64,000 nucleotides of DNA from a bacterium (GCA_025782575.1 JALGYY010000035.1:340670-404669), one strand, 5' to 3'. Shown: positions 19,013 through 28,995, counted from the stretch's first letter. Numbers and translations: made by a program. The notes: a model not told the origin generated them from the letters alone.

Positions 19013-19732
19013 TCACCCAAGGGGGAGTGTCATGCGGATGGCGGAATCTGTCGGGCTGAGTTCGAATCGCCCACCCGCCTCTTCCATAATCCGGCTGATG
19101 AGGGCGATTCCACCGCTTCCGAGGTTCCGGAATGAGTCCCGGCCGGCACTCGACCGGATCAGGATGTCTACGTCCGACTTCTCCATGGCCAGCTGACAGA
19201 CGAGGCTTCCACCAGGAGTTCCGCAGCGGATCAGCTCTCCCACCAGGTAGCAGAGCGCTCTCTCGACCACTGTACGGGAAACCCGCACAGGCGCAGGAGA
19301 CTCCCCGGTGCGGCACGTCAATTGGATTCCGTGCCTCCGTGCGGCGGACATTTGACGTTCCATGACATCGAGAATCATGAAACGTAGATCGAATGAGCCG
19401 GCCTCACGAGCCGGGTTTCCATTGGAGCCTCCCTGAAGAAGCTCCAGCAATGTTTCGGCTGTAGAGAGGGTGTCAGCCGCCTCAGCCAGCCTGCGCCTTT
19501 GAAAGTCATCGATCGAGCCGATTTCCCCGGAGAGGCAGATTTCGATGTGACGCTCCACCTCCTGCAACGAGCCAAGGACTTCCCGGGGAATCTTTCCGGC
19601 GATCAGTCCCGCCGGATTGGAGGAGACTGCCTGGAGAGGCGGGGTATGGTCGGGCGGGCGTCTATCCGGTCGAGGTAGGGCGCCGCCCGGCACGGCGTGC
19701 AGTTCAGGGGCCTTCTGTGACCGTCTGTTCAT
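19013..19732 (-). CDS. GHKL/HATPase_c-domain protein (degenerate histidine-kinase-like ATPase, possible anti-sigma/partner-switch kinase)
   Basis: C-terminal G1/G2-like boxes (DILIRSSAGRD, GSGGIALISRIMEEAGGRFEL). Start overlaps the fliA stop (ATGA). Confidence 0.5.
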   Translation of the reverse strand: MNRRSQKAPELHAVPGGALPRPDRRPPDHTPPLQAVSSNPAGLIAGKIPREVLGSLQEVERHIEICLSGEIGSIDDFQRRRLAEAADTLSTAETLLELLQGGSNGNPAREAGSFDLRFMILDVMERQMSAARRHGIQLTCRTGESPAPVRVSRTVVERALCYLVGELIRCGTPGGSLVCQLAMEKSDVDILIRSSAGRDSFRNLGSGGIALISRIMEEAGGRFELSPTDSAIRMTLPLG

Positions 19733-20589
19733 GCGATGCCGAGCGCCTCCCGTGCAAACTCGCGCTTGACGTCTTCACGAAAGTTGCCGATCTTCGCCAT
19801 CGCCTGGTTTTCATCACGAGCCGAAACGAGCACTTCCTGGTTCGGGCGGAGGCGGGCACGAAGGCGTCCGATCGCTTTCGTGTGAATCTGGGAGACTCTC
19901 GATTCGGACACACCGAGTATCGATCCGATCTCCTTCAGTGTCATCTCTTCGTAGTAGTAGAGGATGAGAACCAGCCGCTCTCTCTCCGGTAGATCGTCAA
20001 GGGAACAGTCCACGACGTTTCGCATCTTCTGAACTTCGAGAATCGCGATGGGATCAACGTGGTTCGTATCCTGAATCGTGTCATGAATCTTGTTGGGCGA
20101 GTTGCCGTCATCAGAAGAGCAGTGCTCGTCAAGGCTCAACAGAGTTGCGCCCCGCACATCCTCGAGAAGATGAAAGTAGTCGCCCATGTTGATGTCCATC
20201 TCCTTGGCTACCTCTTCATCCGTCGCCGCTCTCCCATTCAGGCCTTCGAGCCGCGAATAGGCACTATCCAGCTGGCGCGCCTTCCGGCGGACCGAGCGAG
20301 GGACCCAGTCCATCGAGCGGAGCTCATCCAGCATGGCGCCCCGGATTCGAGCGATTGCAAATGTGGAGAATTTGTTGTCCCGGCCGAGATCGTAGCGTTC
20401 GACCGCAGTCATCAGGCCCATCGTCCCCGACCCGATAAGATCATCGATCTGAACCGAAGGAGGCAGTCCGACTGCGAGACGGCCGGCGACATATTTGACA
20501 AGGGGCATGTATTCGAGAATGAGGCGGTCCCTCAGGCGTTTGTTGCTACGCTTCTTGAACTTTCTCCAAACGGTCTCGATCGAATCCAT
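19729..20589 (-). CDS. fliA: RNA polymerase sigma factor FliA (sigma-28) family
   Basis: Regions 2.x (RDRLILEYMPLVKYVAGR), 3 and 4.2 HTH (LKEIGSILGVSESRVSQIH). ATG after GGGGGGAAG RBS. About 45-aa C-terminal extension. Confidence 0.8.
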   Translation of the reverse strand: MDSIETVWRKFKKRSNKRLRDRLILEYMPLVKYVAGRLAVGLPPSVQIDDLIGSGTMGLMTAVERYDLGRDNKFSTFAIARIRGAMLDELRSMDWVPRSVRRKARQLDSAYSRLEGLNGRAATDEEVAKEMDINMGDYFHLLEDVRGATLLSLDEHCSSDDGNSPNKIHDTIQDTNHVDPIAILEVQKMRNVVDCSLDDLPERERLVLILYYYEEMTLKEIGSILGVSESRVSQIHTKAIGRLRARLRPNQEVLVSARDENQAMAKIGNFREDVKREFAREALGIA

Positions 20590-20936
20590 TCTTCCCCCCC
20601 TCGCATGAGGCTCGCATTCACATCCGTTGGTCCTTCGTGGGTACGTGAGGCCTTCGAGGAGCAACCGTCATGCCATGAATCAACGAGGGATGGCGACTCT
20701 ATAATCAATTGGAATAAAATGAGTTAGAAAATGGCGATCAAACAGGGCTTCAGGAAACTCCTTCCTGTTCGGTAAAGAGTCACCAGGGCGAACGGGGGCA
20801 AAAATCTGCAACGCGCTGTTTTATAAGGGGATATGGCGACCAGAAAAACCGATCAGATTTTGAGCAGTGGCAAGAAATTGAGCAGGCAAACATCGACAAA
20901 GTTCACCAGCCCATACAGCCTTCAATAAATCCTCAT

Positions 20937-22322
20937 CTATTTCGCTTCGTACTGTCGAAGTTTTTCCCGAAGCGTCTGACGGGAGATCCCGAGTGTCCGC
21001 GCCGCCTTTGTCTTGTTCCCCCTGGCCCATTCGATCGTTTTCAGTATCTGCCGCCTCTCGGCTTCCGATAGAGGAATCGGTGTGAACTCCTCCTCCTCCT
21101 TTTCGACAGGTAAGTGATCTTCCCTGAGCCCCGCCGAAATTTCGAGTGGAAGATGTTCGAGCAGAATCAGATCGTCGCTCTCGAGCAGGATGGCGCGTTC
21201 GATGACATTTCGTAGCTCCCGCACGTTGCCAGGCCAGTCGTATTCCTGCAGGCGCGCGCGGGCGGTCGGCGAAAGACCCCGGATCTGGCGTGACAATTCC
21301 CGGTTAAACATATCGATGAAATACGTGGCGAGAATCGGAATGTCCTGAATCCGCTCGCGCAGGGGTGGTACGTGAATGGGAACGACATTCAGCCGATAAT
21401 AGAGATCTTTTCGAAAACGTTTTTCGGCGACGGCTTCTTTCAGATTCTGATTGGTTGCAGCGACGAACCGAAGATCGACTTCAACATCCTCTGTTCCACC
21501 CACCCGTTTGAATCGCTTCGTCTCGATCACACGAAGAAGAACGGCCTGCAGGCCGATGGGCATCTCTCCGATTTCATCGAGGAAAAGAGTCCCGCCGTCG
21601 GCGATCTCTATCAGCCCCTTCTTTCGACTTTTGGCGTCGGTAAATGAACCCTTCTCATGACCGAAGAGCTCGCTCTCGAGCAGATTCCCGGGGAGGGAGC
21701 CGCAATTGATCTCGATAAAGGGGCCCTTCTTCGTCTTCGTACTATGATGAATGGCCTTAGCAATCAGCTCCTTGCCGACGCCGCTCTCCCCGTCAATGAG
21801 AATGGTGGAGCGGGGGCTCGCCGCCACGCGCTCGACAATATTAAAGATATCACGCATTTTGGAATCGGCGCCGAGAATGAAACGGTCGGTCTCCCGATTA
21901 CCGATCACGATCGGCTCTGCCTTCTTCGCCATTTTTCGGATTTCCGAATCGGCGAGAAGGTCATGAATGACCGGCAGAATCTTTTTCGGCGCCAGCGGTT
22001 TCTGAAACGCCCGAACGGCTCCCATTTTCACGCACTCTGTCGCAACCGAACTCGGACCGCCCGTGTGGAGAAGAAGTGCGCGGGTATCCGCGGAATCGTC
22101 CCGGAGTGTGTGCATCAGATCGATCGCGGAATCTTTGGCCAGATCAAGGTCGAGCAGAAGGATATGCGGCTTCACGCGGGAGATGATCTCCGAGGCCTCC
22201 CCTATCTGCCGCGCCACCTCCACCTCATAGCCGGCGTCAAGGAGCGCCGCACCGAAAGACCACCTGATCTGCTTATCATCACCGACAATCAGAATCTTCG
22301 ATTTATTGGCGGCTGCCTTCAT
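20937..22322 (-). CDS. sigma-54-dependent response regulator (FleR/FlrC/NtrC-like)
   Basis: REC + AAA+ (GESGVGKE, GAFTDA-like, ESELFGHEKG) + Fis HTH. Start taken at the second ATG, 6 nt after GGGAGGGG. Confidence 0.85.
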   Translation of the reverse strand: MKAAANKSKILIVGDDKQIRWSFGAALLDAGYEVEVARQIGEASEIISRVKPHILLLDLDLAKDSAIDLMHTLRDDSADTRALLLHTGGPSSVATECVKMGAVRAFQKPLAPKKILPVIHDLLADSEIRKMAKKAEPIVIGNRETDRFILGADSKMRDIFNIVERVAASPRSTILIDGESGVGKELIAKAIHHSTKTKKGPFIEINCGSLPGNLLESELFGHEKGSFTDAKSRKKGLIEIADGGTLFLDEIGEMPIGLQAVLLRVIETKRFKRVGGTEDVEVDLRFVAATNQNLKEAVAEKRFRKDLYYRLNVVPIHVPPLRERIQDIPILATYFIDMFNRELSRQIRGLSPTARARLQEYDWPGNVRELRNVIERAILLESDDLILLEHLPLEISAGLREDHLPVEKEEEEFTPIPLSEAERRQILKTIEWARGNKTKAARTLGISRQTLREKLRQYEAK

Positions 22323-22343
22323 CGTCATCCCCTCCCTCAAGAT

Positions 22344-22985
22344 CTACTCATCTTCATTTTCCGCATGTTCCTCAGGCGGGGAGAACAAAGCCCTCCATAA
22401 AACATCCTTGGTCTTCCGATCTCCGTTGTCAATCGAGAAAGCGGCCGAGTAACGGTTCTCCTCCCCGTGTTCACGCACGATCCTGGTAATATGCCCTTCG
22501 ATTTCCACTTTCTCCCCTCGCCCGAGAAAAAGGCGCAGGCGGAGTCGGGTCCCGACATCGAACGGCTCCGGGAGATCGCCAAGCTCGATATGACCGGAGC
22601 CATCGAAATCGGCGGAGGCATGGCGGAGTATTTTGCGATCGATTCGCTCGTACTCGATTCGCCAGTCACGCCGGAATTCCGCTCGAGCCGATCGCTTGAT
22701 CGGACGGATGTTTCCCGGACGGGCTACAACGACATAGGGGGATGTGTTCTTGAAGTGTCGGACGAGTTTCGTGCGTCCGATGTACCGACCTTCCCTCCAG
22801 CGCAGGCGGAGGGTGACCGGAGTCCCCTTCAGCAGATCGACGAAGTGATGCGGATCGTACCCCGGAACGTGAAGAACGATCTGCCGGGAATCGGAGCGTG
22901 TCACCTGTGCGTGGTAAACCGTGTTATCCACCCGGTCACCCAGCACGATGTCAAGAACCTGATCCGCGTGGAACGGGTCTTTCAC
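22344..22985 (-). CDS. PilZ-domain protein with YcgR-like N-terminal domain (c-di-GMP receptor, flagellar-brake-like)
   Basis: RRDWR (RxxxR) followed by DFDGSGHIEL (D/NxSxxG). GTG start after GGGGGG RBS. 4-nt gap to the downstream response-regulator gene. Confidence 0.7.
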   Translation of the reverse strand: MKDPFHADQVLDIVLGDRVDNTVYHAQVTRSDSRQIVLHVPGYDPHHFVDLLKGTPVTLRLRWREGRYIGRTKLVRHFKNTSPYVVVARPGNIRPIKRSARAEFRRDWRIEYERIDRKILRHASADFDGSGHIELGDLPEPFDVGTRLRLRLFLGRGEKVEIEGHITRIVREHGEENRYSAAFSIDNGDRKTKDVLWRALFSPPEEHAENEDE

Positions 22986-23070
22986 TCAATCCCCCCGTGT
23001 AAAACGCGTATCGTAGCGATGAAACACAGGGGAGGTCAAATCATTCGCCGGACGGTCCTCGAGAACCTTC

Positions 23071-23265
23071 CTATTTACCGCGGCGCTTGCTCAGCGCGTG
23101 AAGCAGCGCGTCGATAATTTCGCCGCGCACTTCCGGCTGCTCATAGTAACCGCGTCGAATTTTGCGCTTGATCCGCAAAATTCGCCAGGCTGATTTCTTC
23201 TCTTTTTCTTCCTTCGACCTACTCCGGTGCTCTCCACTCGCTCGTGGCTTTTCTTGCTTTCCCAA
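23071..23265 (-). CDS. flgM: FlgM-like anti-sigma-28 factor (64 aa, TTG start)
   Basis: Basic disordered N-terminus then IRRGYYEQPEVRGEIIDALL, resembling the FlgM C-terminal helix (GxYxxDxxKIAxxLL). AAGGGG RBS. Confidence 0.5.
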   Translation of the reverse strand: MGKQEKPRASGEHRSRSKEEKEKKSAWRILRIKRKIRRGYYEQPEVRGEIIDALLHALSKRRGK

Positions 23266-23396
23266 TTTCCCTGACCCCTTTATGCCGTGTCATGATGCTG
23301 TTGTCGGGCTACTCAGGGAGAGGATATAGTCCCACGCAGGCGGGCCTGTTCCTCTCATCATAAGGATCGACAGGTTCCCGGCAGGTCTTGAGGAGG

Positions 23397-23852
23397 TCAG
23401 TCTTCAGCGATGCAGCGTTCCACGAGGTCGGTGAGGTGCTTTTCCAGCTTCGGATTCCGGGGATCCCGGTCTAGGGCGAGACTGTAGGCGTCTGCCGCGC
23501 ACCAGGGAAGCCCCTGGGCTAGAAGACAATCCCCCATGCGAGCAAACCCGCGAGCGCTCTCAGGCCGGAGCGATTCGTAGTGCTGGTAGAATCGCATCGC
23601 CTCTTCATAGCATCTCATCGCGAGATAGAGGTCACCCGTTCGGAGAAGAACGCCCGGCTGGGCCGGATCGGCTTCCAGACTGGACAGGAAGAATTCGAGC
23701 GCCTCTTCGGTCTTACCCTGAAGGGCCACACACCGTCCGAGCTGGGCGAGGAGATCCGAACTCTCCGGATTCTTTTCGAGAGCCCGCCTGAGGAGTTGTT
23801 CCGTCTGGCGATAGGCGTCGATCATTCCGTTCGATGCAAAACTCCCACTCAT
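23397..23852 (-). CDS. TPR-repeat protein
   Basis: Three or four TPR-like repeats. Overlaps the csrA stop (ATGA). Confidence 0.6.
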   Translation of the reverse strand: MSGSFASNGMIDAYRQTEQLLRRALEKNPESSDLLAQLGRCVALQGKTEEALEFFLSSLEADPAQPGVLLRTGDLYLAMRCYEEAMRFYQHYESLRPESARGFARMGDCLLAQGLPWCAADAYSLALDRDPRNPKLEKHLTDLVERCIAED

Positions 23853-24100
23853 GATTCCTCTCCTCCCATGAGCTGACAGAGATCGCCGACCGTGGGTATT
23901 CGGGATAGGGCTGACTTTTTATTCTGCGCGGCAATGGCGTCCACTGTTTCCCGCCCCGCGACAGGCAGAACACCAGGCGCCCGACATTCAAGGGTCACAT
24001 GGTCGCCGTCAACTGAGTGGATCTTCACTTCAATCGCGGTACCGATGAGAAAGCTGTCTCCCAGGACACGAACGATCCTGGTCGTCTTTCCAGCACTCAT
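23849..24100 (-). CDS. csrA: carbon storage regulator CsrA homologue
   Basis: TRIVRVLGDSFLIGTAIEVKIHSVDGDHVTLECRAPGVLPVAGRETVD parallels CsrA (LTRxxGExxxIGDDIxVxVL...VRxGxxAP...REE). Immediately downstream of fliW, as in Bacillus-type fliW-csrA pairs. Confidence 0.7.
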   Translation of the reverse strand: MSAGKTTRIVRVLGDSFLIGTAIEVKIHSVDGDHVTLECRAPGVLPVAGRETVDAIAAQNKKSALSRIPTVGDLCQLMGGEES

Positions 24101-24531
24101 AGCAGCATCTCCGCTTTCTCACGCTCCAACTCATCGTGGAGGAGGGCGGCAACCGGGAGGTTTTCATCGGAAAGAAGGACCTGAGTGGCGACACCGCTCG
24201 TTCGGCTGATCAGAATCGGCGCGCGTAGATTAACGCTCATCTCCATCGCACCTTCAGGCACTGTCAGCAGGGAATAAACTTCCAGGTCGCTCCGCACATC
24301 GACCTCGAGTTCTTCCAGCAGCTCCGGCGGGAACTCGATCTCATAGTCTGATCGAATGACAAGAGGATCGATGAGCGGAAACCTCATGGACGGACGATCA
24401 TCACTTTGGATCAGGGAAAACGGACTCCCATCCTCCCCCCGCCAGAGTGTGAAACGCCTAAGGTCCTGTAGCCCGATCAGGCCGCGAGGGAACCAGATTT
24501 CGTAGGATCTTTCCCAGTTTTCCTGCGTCAT
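24097..24531 (-). CDS. fliW: flagellar assembly factor FliW
   Basis: FliW motifs (FPRGLIGLQDLRRFTL, PFSLIQSDD, NLRAPILISRTSGVATQVLL). ATG 5 nt after GAAGGAGGA RBS. Confidence 0.75.
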   Translation of the reverse strand: MTQENWERSYEIWFPRGLIGLQDLRRFTLWRGEDGSPFSLIQSDDRPSMRFPLIDPLVIRSDYEIEFPPELLEELEVDVRSDLEVYSLLTVPEGAMEMSVNLRAPILISRTSGVATQVLLSDENLPVAALLHDELEREKAEMLL

Positions 24532-24559
24532 GGAGTCCTCCTTCATGAGGACGTGTATG

Positions 24560-24578
24560 AGCAGGCGTCGTGCCAAGG
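24560..24578 (-). promoter_or_regulatory. candidate sigma-54 promoter (TGGCACGacgccTGCT, GG-N10-GC) upstream of fliW
   Basis: Minus strand reads TGGCAC-N6-TGCT with exact -24/-12 spacing. It ends about 30 nt before the fliW ATG. Confidence 0.35.
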
Positions 24579-24867
24579 GAACGCGGGACAGGCAATCGTA
24601 ACGCTAACGCCTTATCGCGACGGCAGTTCGATCACGTGGCCTCCGGTGTGATTACACCCGGAAGACTCATGGGAGAGCGGCCGAAACCTGGCCACCCTGA
24701 TAGATTTCTGCCAGTCAGTGCGGATATCTTTTGGTCGGCTCGGTTATCTTCCCGGTGGGTTAGCTCGGACTTCTCACCAGCACTCTGCTGTGGCCTCGAA
24801 TAGCGGGCTGCGACAAATCCTGGTGAGAAATCCGGGTTAGACAGGCAGGTACAGAGGGCCGCTCTGG

Positions 24868-24928
24868 GAAAACAAAAGGGCGCGGATCGTCCGCTCGATC
24901 CTGTGACCGAACAACGACTCCGCGCCCT
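24868..24928 (-). terminator. putative intrinsic terminator of the sigma-factor gene
   Basis: Nested hairpins GGGCGCGGA...TCCGCGCCC followed by TTTTGTTTT on the minus strand. Confidence 0.35.
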
Positions 24929-24965
24929 CGATTATATCAACTGACTCTCTCCCTTCGGATGAGAA

Positions 24966-25823
24966 TCAGGAAAGATAGCTGTGAAGCGACCGTCCCTGCC
25001 TGGACTGGCGGATGCGGCCGATCGCCTGTTCTTTGATCTGCCTCACCCTCTCCCGCGACAGATTCATCCGACGACCGATCTGCTCGAGGGTTTCGCTTTC
25101 CTCCCGAAATCCGAAGTACGACCGCAGAACGTCCGCCTCCCTCCCCGAAAGGGCACCGATCGCCGTCTGCACGTCTTCCTGCATCCTCCCCTCGATCAAG
25201 TCATAGTCCGGTGACGGGGAGCAGGTATCCTCGATGTATTCCTTGAGCGAGTTCTCTCCCCCACCCTCGGGAACATCGAGTGATTTGCAGATGGATGACA
25301 AATTGAGAGTCTCACGAATTTCCGACTCGGAAAGAGCGACCGCGTCGGCGACCTCTCTTGAAGACGGTTCACGGCCGAACACCTGGCGGAGCCTCTCGGT
25401 CTCCCTCAGAATCTTCTGAACCGTACCCGTTCTGCTGACCGGAAGACGGATCAGGCGGGCCTTCTCCGCGAGAGCCTTCAGGATCGACTGCCGGATCCAC
25501 CAGACCGCGTAGGAGATGAATCGATTCCCCCTGGTTTCATCGAATCGCCTTGCCGCCTCGATGAGACCCAGGTTCCCCTCATCAATGAGGTCAGCCAGAG
25601 AAAGGCCCTGGCTTCGATAACGCTTGGCCACAGACACGACGAATCGCAGATTGGCCCTGATCAAGTGATCTCTGGATGCCTCGCAACCGTCTCGCATCGC
25701 GGTAGCGAGGTTGACCTCTTCCTCTCTCGTCAGAAGATTCACCTTCGCGATTTCACGAAAGTATAACTGGAGCGATTGCTCGTCTTCGCTTTCGAAGCGC
25801 CGCTTGTGAGTATATCCCTTCAC
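24966..25823 (-). CDS. RNA polymerase sigma factor, sigma-70 family group 2/3 (RpoS/alternative-sigma-like, 285 aa)
   Basis: Regions 1.2-4 present (DLIDEGNLGLIEAARRFD, YAVWWIRQSI, region-4 HTH). GTG start after AAAGGAG. AT-rich promoter region upstream. Confidence 0.8.
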   Translation of the reverse strand: MKGYTHKRRFESEDEQSLQLYFREIAKVNLLTREEEVNLATAMRDGCEASRDHLIRANLRFVVSVAKRYRSQGLSLADLIDEGNLGLIEAARRFDETRGNRFISYAVWWIRQSILKALAEKARLIRLPVSRTGTVQKILRETERLRQVFGREPSSREVADAVALSESEIRETLNLSSICKSLDVPEGGGENSLKEYIEDTCSPSPDYDLIEGRMQEDVQTAIGALSGREADVLRSYFGFREESETLEQIGRRMNLSRERVRQIKEQAIGRIRQSRQGRSLHSYLS

Positions 25824-26082
25824 AGTCGATGCTCCTTTCTGGTCGGTTGCTTGGAAACTGCAATACCCACCCTGATGAAGTTTCTACCCGAATACCCAAC
25901 CTTAGGATGTATCAAGTAACATGCCAAAAACATGAATAATTGGTCAAGTTCTCTATTGAATTAAAAGACAAGAACTTACGGCTGGATTCTAAGTAGATGC
26001 ACGAGCGAGACTGCCAACCGGATCGGCTAAAAGCTGCCCTTCCTGTCAGTTAAATATGCAAGAATGACAGGAATCGTCGCAA

Positions 26083-26466
26083 TTATTGGACAATGTCTCC
26101 CGCGGTCTGCCTGCTGCATGATTCGATGTATTGAGCCAGGATTTCCTTGCTCTCCTCCGCCATGGGAAGAAAGGCGCAACCGATCTGATAAGACTCGCAC
26201 CCGGGGATCTCGGCTTCCGGATCACTCCAGACGACGATCATCTCGGCTTCCAGGATGCCTTCCTTATCGCCCGGCATCGGGAGAATCAGGGTGGCCTGTA
26301 GTTTAGTCATCAGCTGCACGTGGCGGGGTACCTCGCAGTAGATCCCCCCCATGCTGATATTCATCCCGGAGAGGGAGACTCGACCACCGGTCATCTCCCC
26401 TTCCAGGCGGATGTCGAAACTGCTATCGATCCGTCCGTGCTTTCTCCGATTCTCGTGCTTCCCCAT
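26083..26466 (-). CDS. single-domain PilZ protein (c-di-GMP binding)
   Basis: RRKHGR (RxxxR) followed by NISMGG (D/NxSxxG). AGGAGGG RBS. Confidence 0.65.
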   Translation of the reverse strand: MGKHENRRKHGRIDSSFDIRLEGEMTGGRVSLSGMNISMGGIYCEVPRHVQLMTKLQATLILPMPGDKEGILEAEMIVVWSDPEAEIPGCESYQIGCAFLPMAEESKEILAQYIESCSRQTAGDIVQ

Positions 26467-26478
26467 CGTTCCCTCCTC

Positions 26479-27411
26479 TTACTCCCTCCCGGAAGCAGGC
26501 TGCCAGTTCTCTATTATTTTTCGAACGATATCCGTCCCTACCCTTTCCTGGCTCTCTCTCGTACTTGCCCCGATATGAGGGGTCATAATCACTCCGGGGG
26601 CGCGCCGAAGCGCCGACTCCCCGAGCGGTTCTTCCGCGAAGACGTCGAAAGCCGCCCCGGCAAGATGGCCCGATTCCAGAGCCCGGGCTACGGCAGCCTC
26701 GTCAACGATTCCGCCTCGCGCACAATCGACCAGATAGGAGCCGACCTTCATGCGCTGGAGCTCGCCGGCGCCGATGAGTCCCCTCGTCCCAGCCAGTAAC
26801 GGCACATGAACCGTAAGCATGTCACAGGACTCGAGCAGTTTCCCGAACTCGACTTTCCGGCACTGATTCTCCAGCCCTTTGCCCGGCTTCACCGGGTAGG
26901 CGTCATGCCAGATGACATCCATTCCGAGCGCGAGCGCCCGTTCCGCTACCAGACGACCGATGCTACCGAATCCGAGTATACCCAGAGTCTTACCGAAGAC
27001 TTCGCCACCTGTCAGATTCTTTTTTTCCCAGAGCTCTTCTTTCATCGTACGGTCCGCCTCAGGGAGACGGCGGGCGAGCGCAAGCAAGAAGAGAATCACA
27101 AGTTCCGCAACCGCAATGGCGCTCGCTCCCGGCGTATTGACTACCTGGATACCGCGACTCTTCGCTGCCTCCAGGTCAATGCTGTCCAGGCCGACGCCGC
27201 CGCGGCCGATGATGCGAAGCCGACTGGCTGCTTCGATCCGATCCGCCGTCATCTTCGTCCGGCTTCTGACCAGGATCGCATCGATCCGCGGAAGATGATC
27301 GAACAGCTCTGACTCGTTCCAGCTCGTCCCGTCCAGCGCGGTCCACCCCGCATGCTCGAATGCATCGAACACGGACTGGGGGAACCCGTCGGCGATTGCT
27401 ACGATCGGCAC
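26479..27411 (-). CDS. D-isomer-specific 2-hydroxyacid dehydrogenase (phosphoglycerate dehydrogenase-like)
   Basis: GxGxxG NAD-binding motif (GILGFGSIGRLVA) and catalytic R/E/H region (CARGGIVDE...HIGAST). GTG start. Confidence 0.8.
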   Translation of the reverse strand: MPIVAIADGFPQSVFDAFEHAGWTALDGTSWNESELFDHLPRIDAILVRSRTKMTADRIEAASRLRIIGRGGVGLDSIDLEAAKSRGIQVVNTPGASAIAVAELVILFLLALARRLPEADRTMKEELWEKKNLTGGEVFGKTLGILGFGSIGRLVAERALALGMDVIWHDAYPVKPGKGLENQCRKVEFGKLLESCDMLTVHVPLLAGTRGLIGAGELQRMKVGSYLVDCARGGIVDEAAVARALESGHLAGAAFDVFAEEPLGESALRRAPGVIMTPHIGASTRESQERVGTDIVRKIIENWQPASGRE

Positions 27412-27450
27412 GGCGATGCTTCCCTTCCCCTGTCCGATCCCGCCCGGTGA

Positions 27451-28968
27451 TTACTCATCGGTTTTCCCGAACATCTCTTCCTGTACCGGTCGATCACAGC
27501 TCTCTTCGCTCATGTCCTTACCGTCGAACGTGAGAATGACGCACTTTCCATCTCTCAAAGTACGGAGACGCACCGGCCTTCTCCAGAATCGATGGACACT
27601 TCGAAGCGTCGCGCCCGCGTGTCCGGCATGGAGATCCAATCCTTCATGCCGATGGGCGAGCAGCAGTTCACCACGATTGTCGAAGTTCGCGTCTTCAACG
27701 AAGATGAACGGCCTTCCCATGTTGGTCAGCGAGAAGAGGAGCTGCTTCTTGACCGCCTCAAAATCCCTGGATTGGATCTCGTGCTGGCCCTTCTTTTCGT
27801 CAAAGGCAAAAACGAAAAGCTTGTGCTCCCGGCAGAACTCCTCGGTCAAAAACGTATCGATAAACGTAACGTCGTTATGAATCTTTCGTACTTCAAATAT
27901 TTTCTCGAGGCCGAGACCGAGATCGCGATTCCATTCACGTTTCTCAGTCAGGTTGTCGCAAGCCTCATACTCCTGCCCGAACCGGCCTCGATTCCACCGA
28001 TACTCGATGTCCCGAAACAGGTCAAGACCCATCTTATAAGGGTTCAGACGCCCCGGCTGGGTTGCCACAGTCCCCGAATGGTGGTCGGCGTAGTCGATCA
28101 ACTCCGAATCCTCAAGGCAATACTCGGTCATGATTTTGGAATGCCAGAACGTAGCCCACCCTTCATTCATGATCTTGGTCTGCCCCTGAGGAGCGAAGTA
28201 GTAACTCTCCTCACGAATCATCGAGAGGATGTCCTGCTCCCAATCGCGCAGGGGTGCGTACTGGATCAGGAAGAGGAGAATATCGCGAACCGGTTCGGCG
28301 GGAATTCTGCCGTTGCTTTGTTCCTTCTCCTTTTTCAGTCTCTCCCTCTGGGAGGCGAGAAACTCTTCGGGATTGATGAACGGGTCCATATAGTCTTTGG
28401 CTGCCAGCCGGGGAGGCTCGATCCCGTCAGCAGTTGTCTCGTCTGCTGTAATTGCCCGGTTCGGGAAAAACGCGGAGTGAGGATCAATCAGATCCTCGAT
28501 GGAATGACAGGCATCGAGAAACGCCTCGACTTCATCCTGGCCGTTCTGATCGGAGTACCGCTGCACACGTGTACTGTGATTGGCCATCTCATCGAGCATG
28601 CGACGGTTGGTCTTTGAGAACCAATAGTTATTCTTGAAGAAGTCGCTGTGCCCATACACGTGAGCCATGACCATCTTCTGATCGAGGGTGTTGTTGACGT
28701 CGAGCAGGTAGGCGTAACAGGGATCGTTGTTGATTACGAGTTCGTAGATCTTCTGGAGCCCGTAGCGGTACCCCTTCGACATCTGCTCGTATTCCATTCC
28801 GTATCGCCAGTGAGGATAGCGGGAGGGAAAGCCGCCGAAACTCGCAATCTCGTTCATCAACTCATAGTCGACCATCTCGAAGACAGTGTCGAAAAAGTCG
28901 AGTCCCACTGATCGGGCAACCGCCTCTACGTGTTCCCGGATACGGACAAGTTCCGCCGGAAGGCTCAT
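27451..28968 (-). CDS. SpoVR/YcgB family protein
   Basis: 505 aa with conserved SpoVR N- and C-terminal halves. GAGGGAGA RBS. Confidence 0.85.
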   Translation of the reverse strand: MSLPAELVRIREHVEAVARSVGLDFFDTVFEMVDYELMNEIASFGGFPSRYPHWRYGMEYEQMSKGYRYGLQKIYELVINNDPCYAYLLDVNNTLDQKMVMAHVYGHSDFFKNNYWFSKTNRRMLDEMANHSTRVQRYSDQNGQDEVEAFLDACHSIEDLIDPHSAFFPNRAITADETTADGIEPPRLAAKDYMDPFINPEEFLASQRERLKKEKEQSNGRIPAEPVRDILLFLIQYAPLRDWEQDILSMIREESYYFAPQGQTKIMNEGWATFWHSKIMTEYCLEDSELIDYADHHSGTVATQPGRLNPYKMGLDLFRDIEYRWNRGRFGQEYEACDNLTEKREWNRDLGLGLEKIFEVRKIHNDVTFIDTFLTEEFCREHKLFVFAFDEKKGQHEIQSRDFEAVKKQLLFSLTNMGRPFIFVEDANFDNRGELLLAHRHEGLDLHAGHAGATLRSVHRFWRRPVRLRTLRDGKCVILTFDGKDMSEESCDRPVQEEMFGKTDE

Positions 28969-28995
28969 CGATATTCTCCCTCGGCTTCTCGTCGG

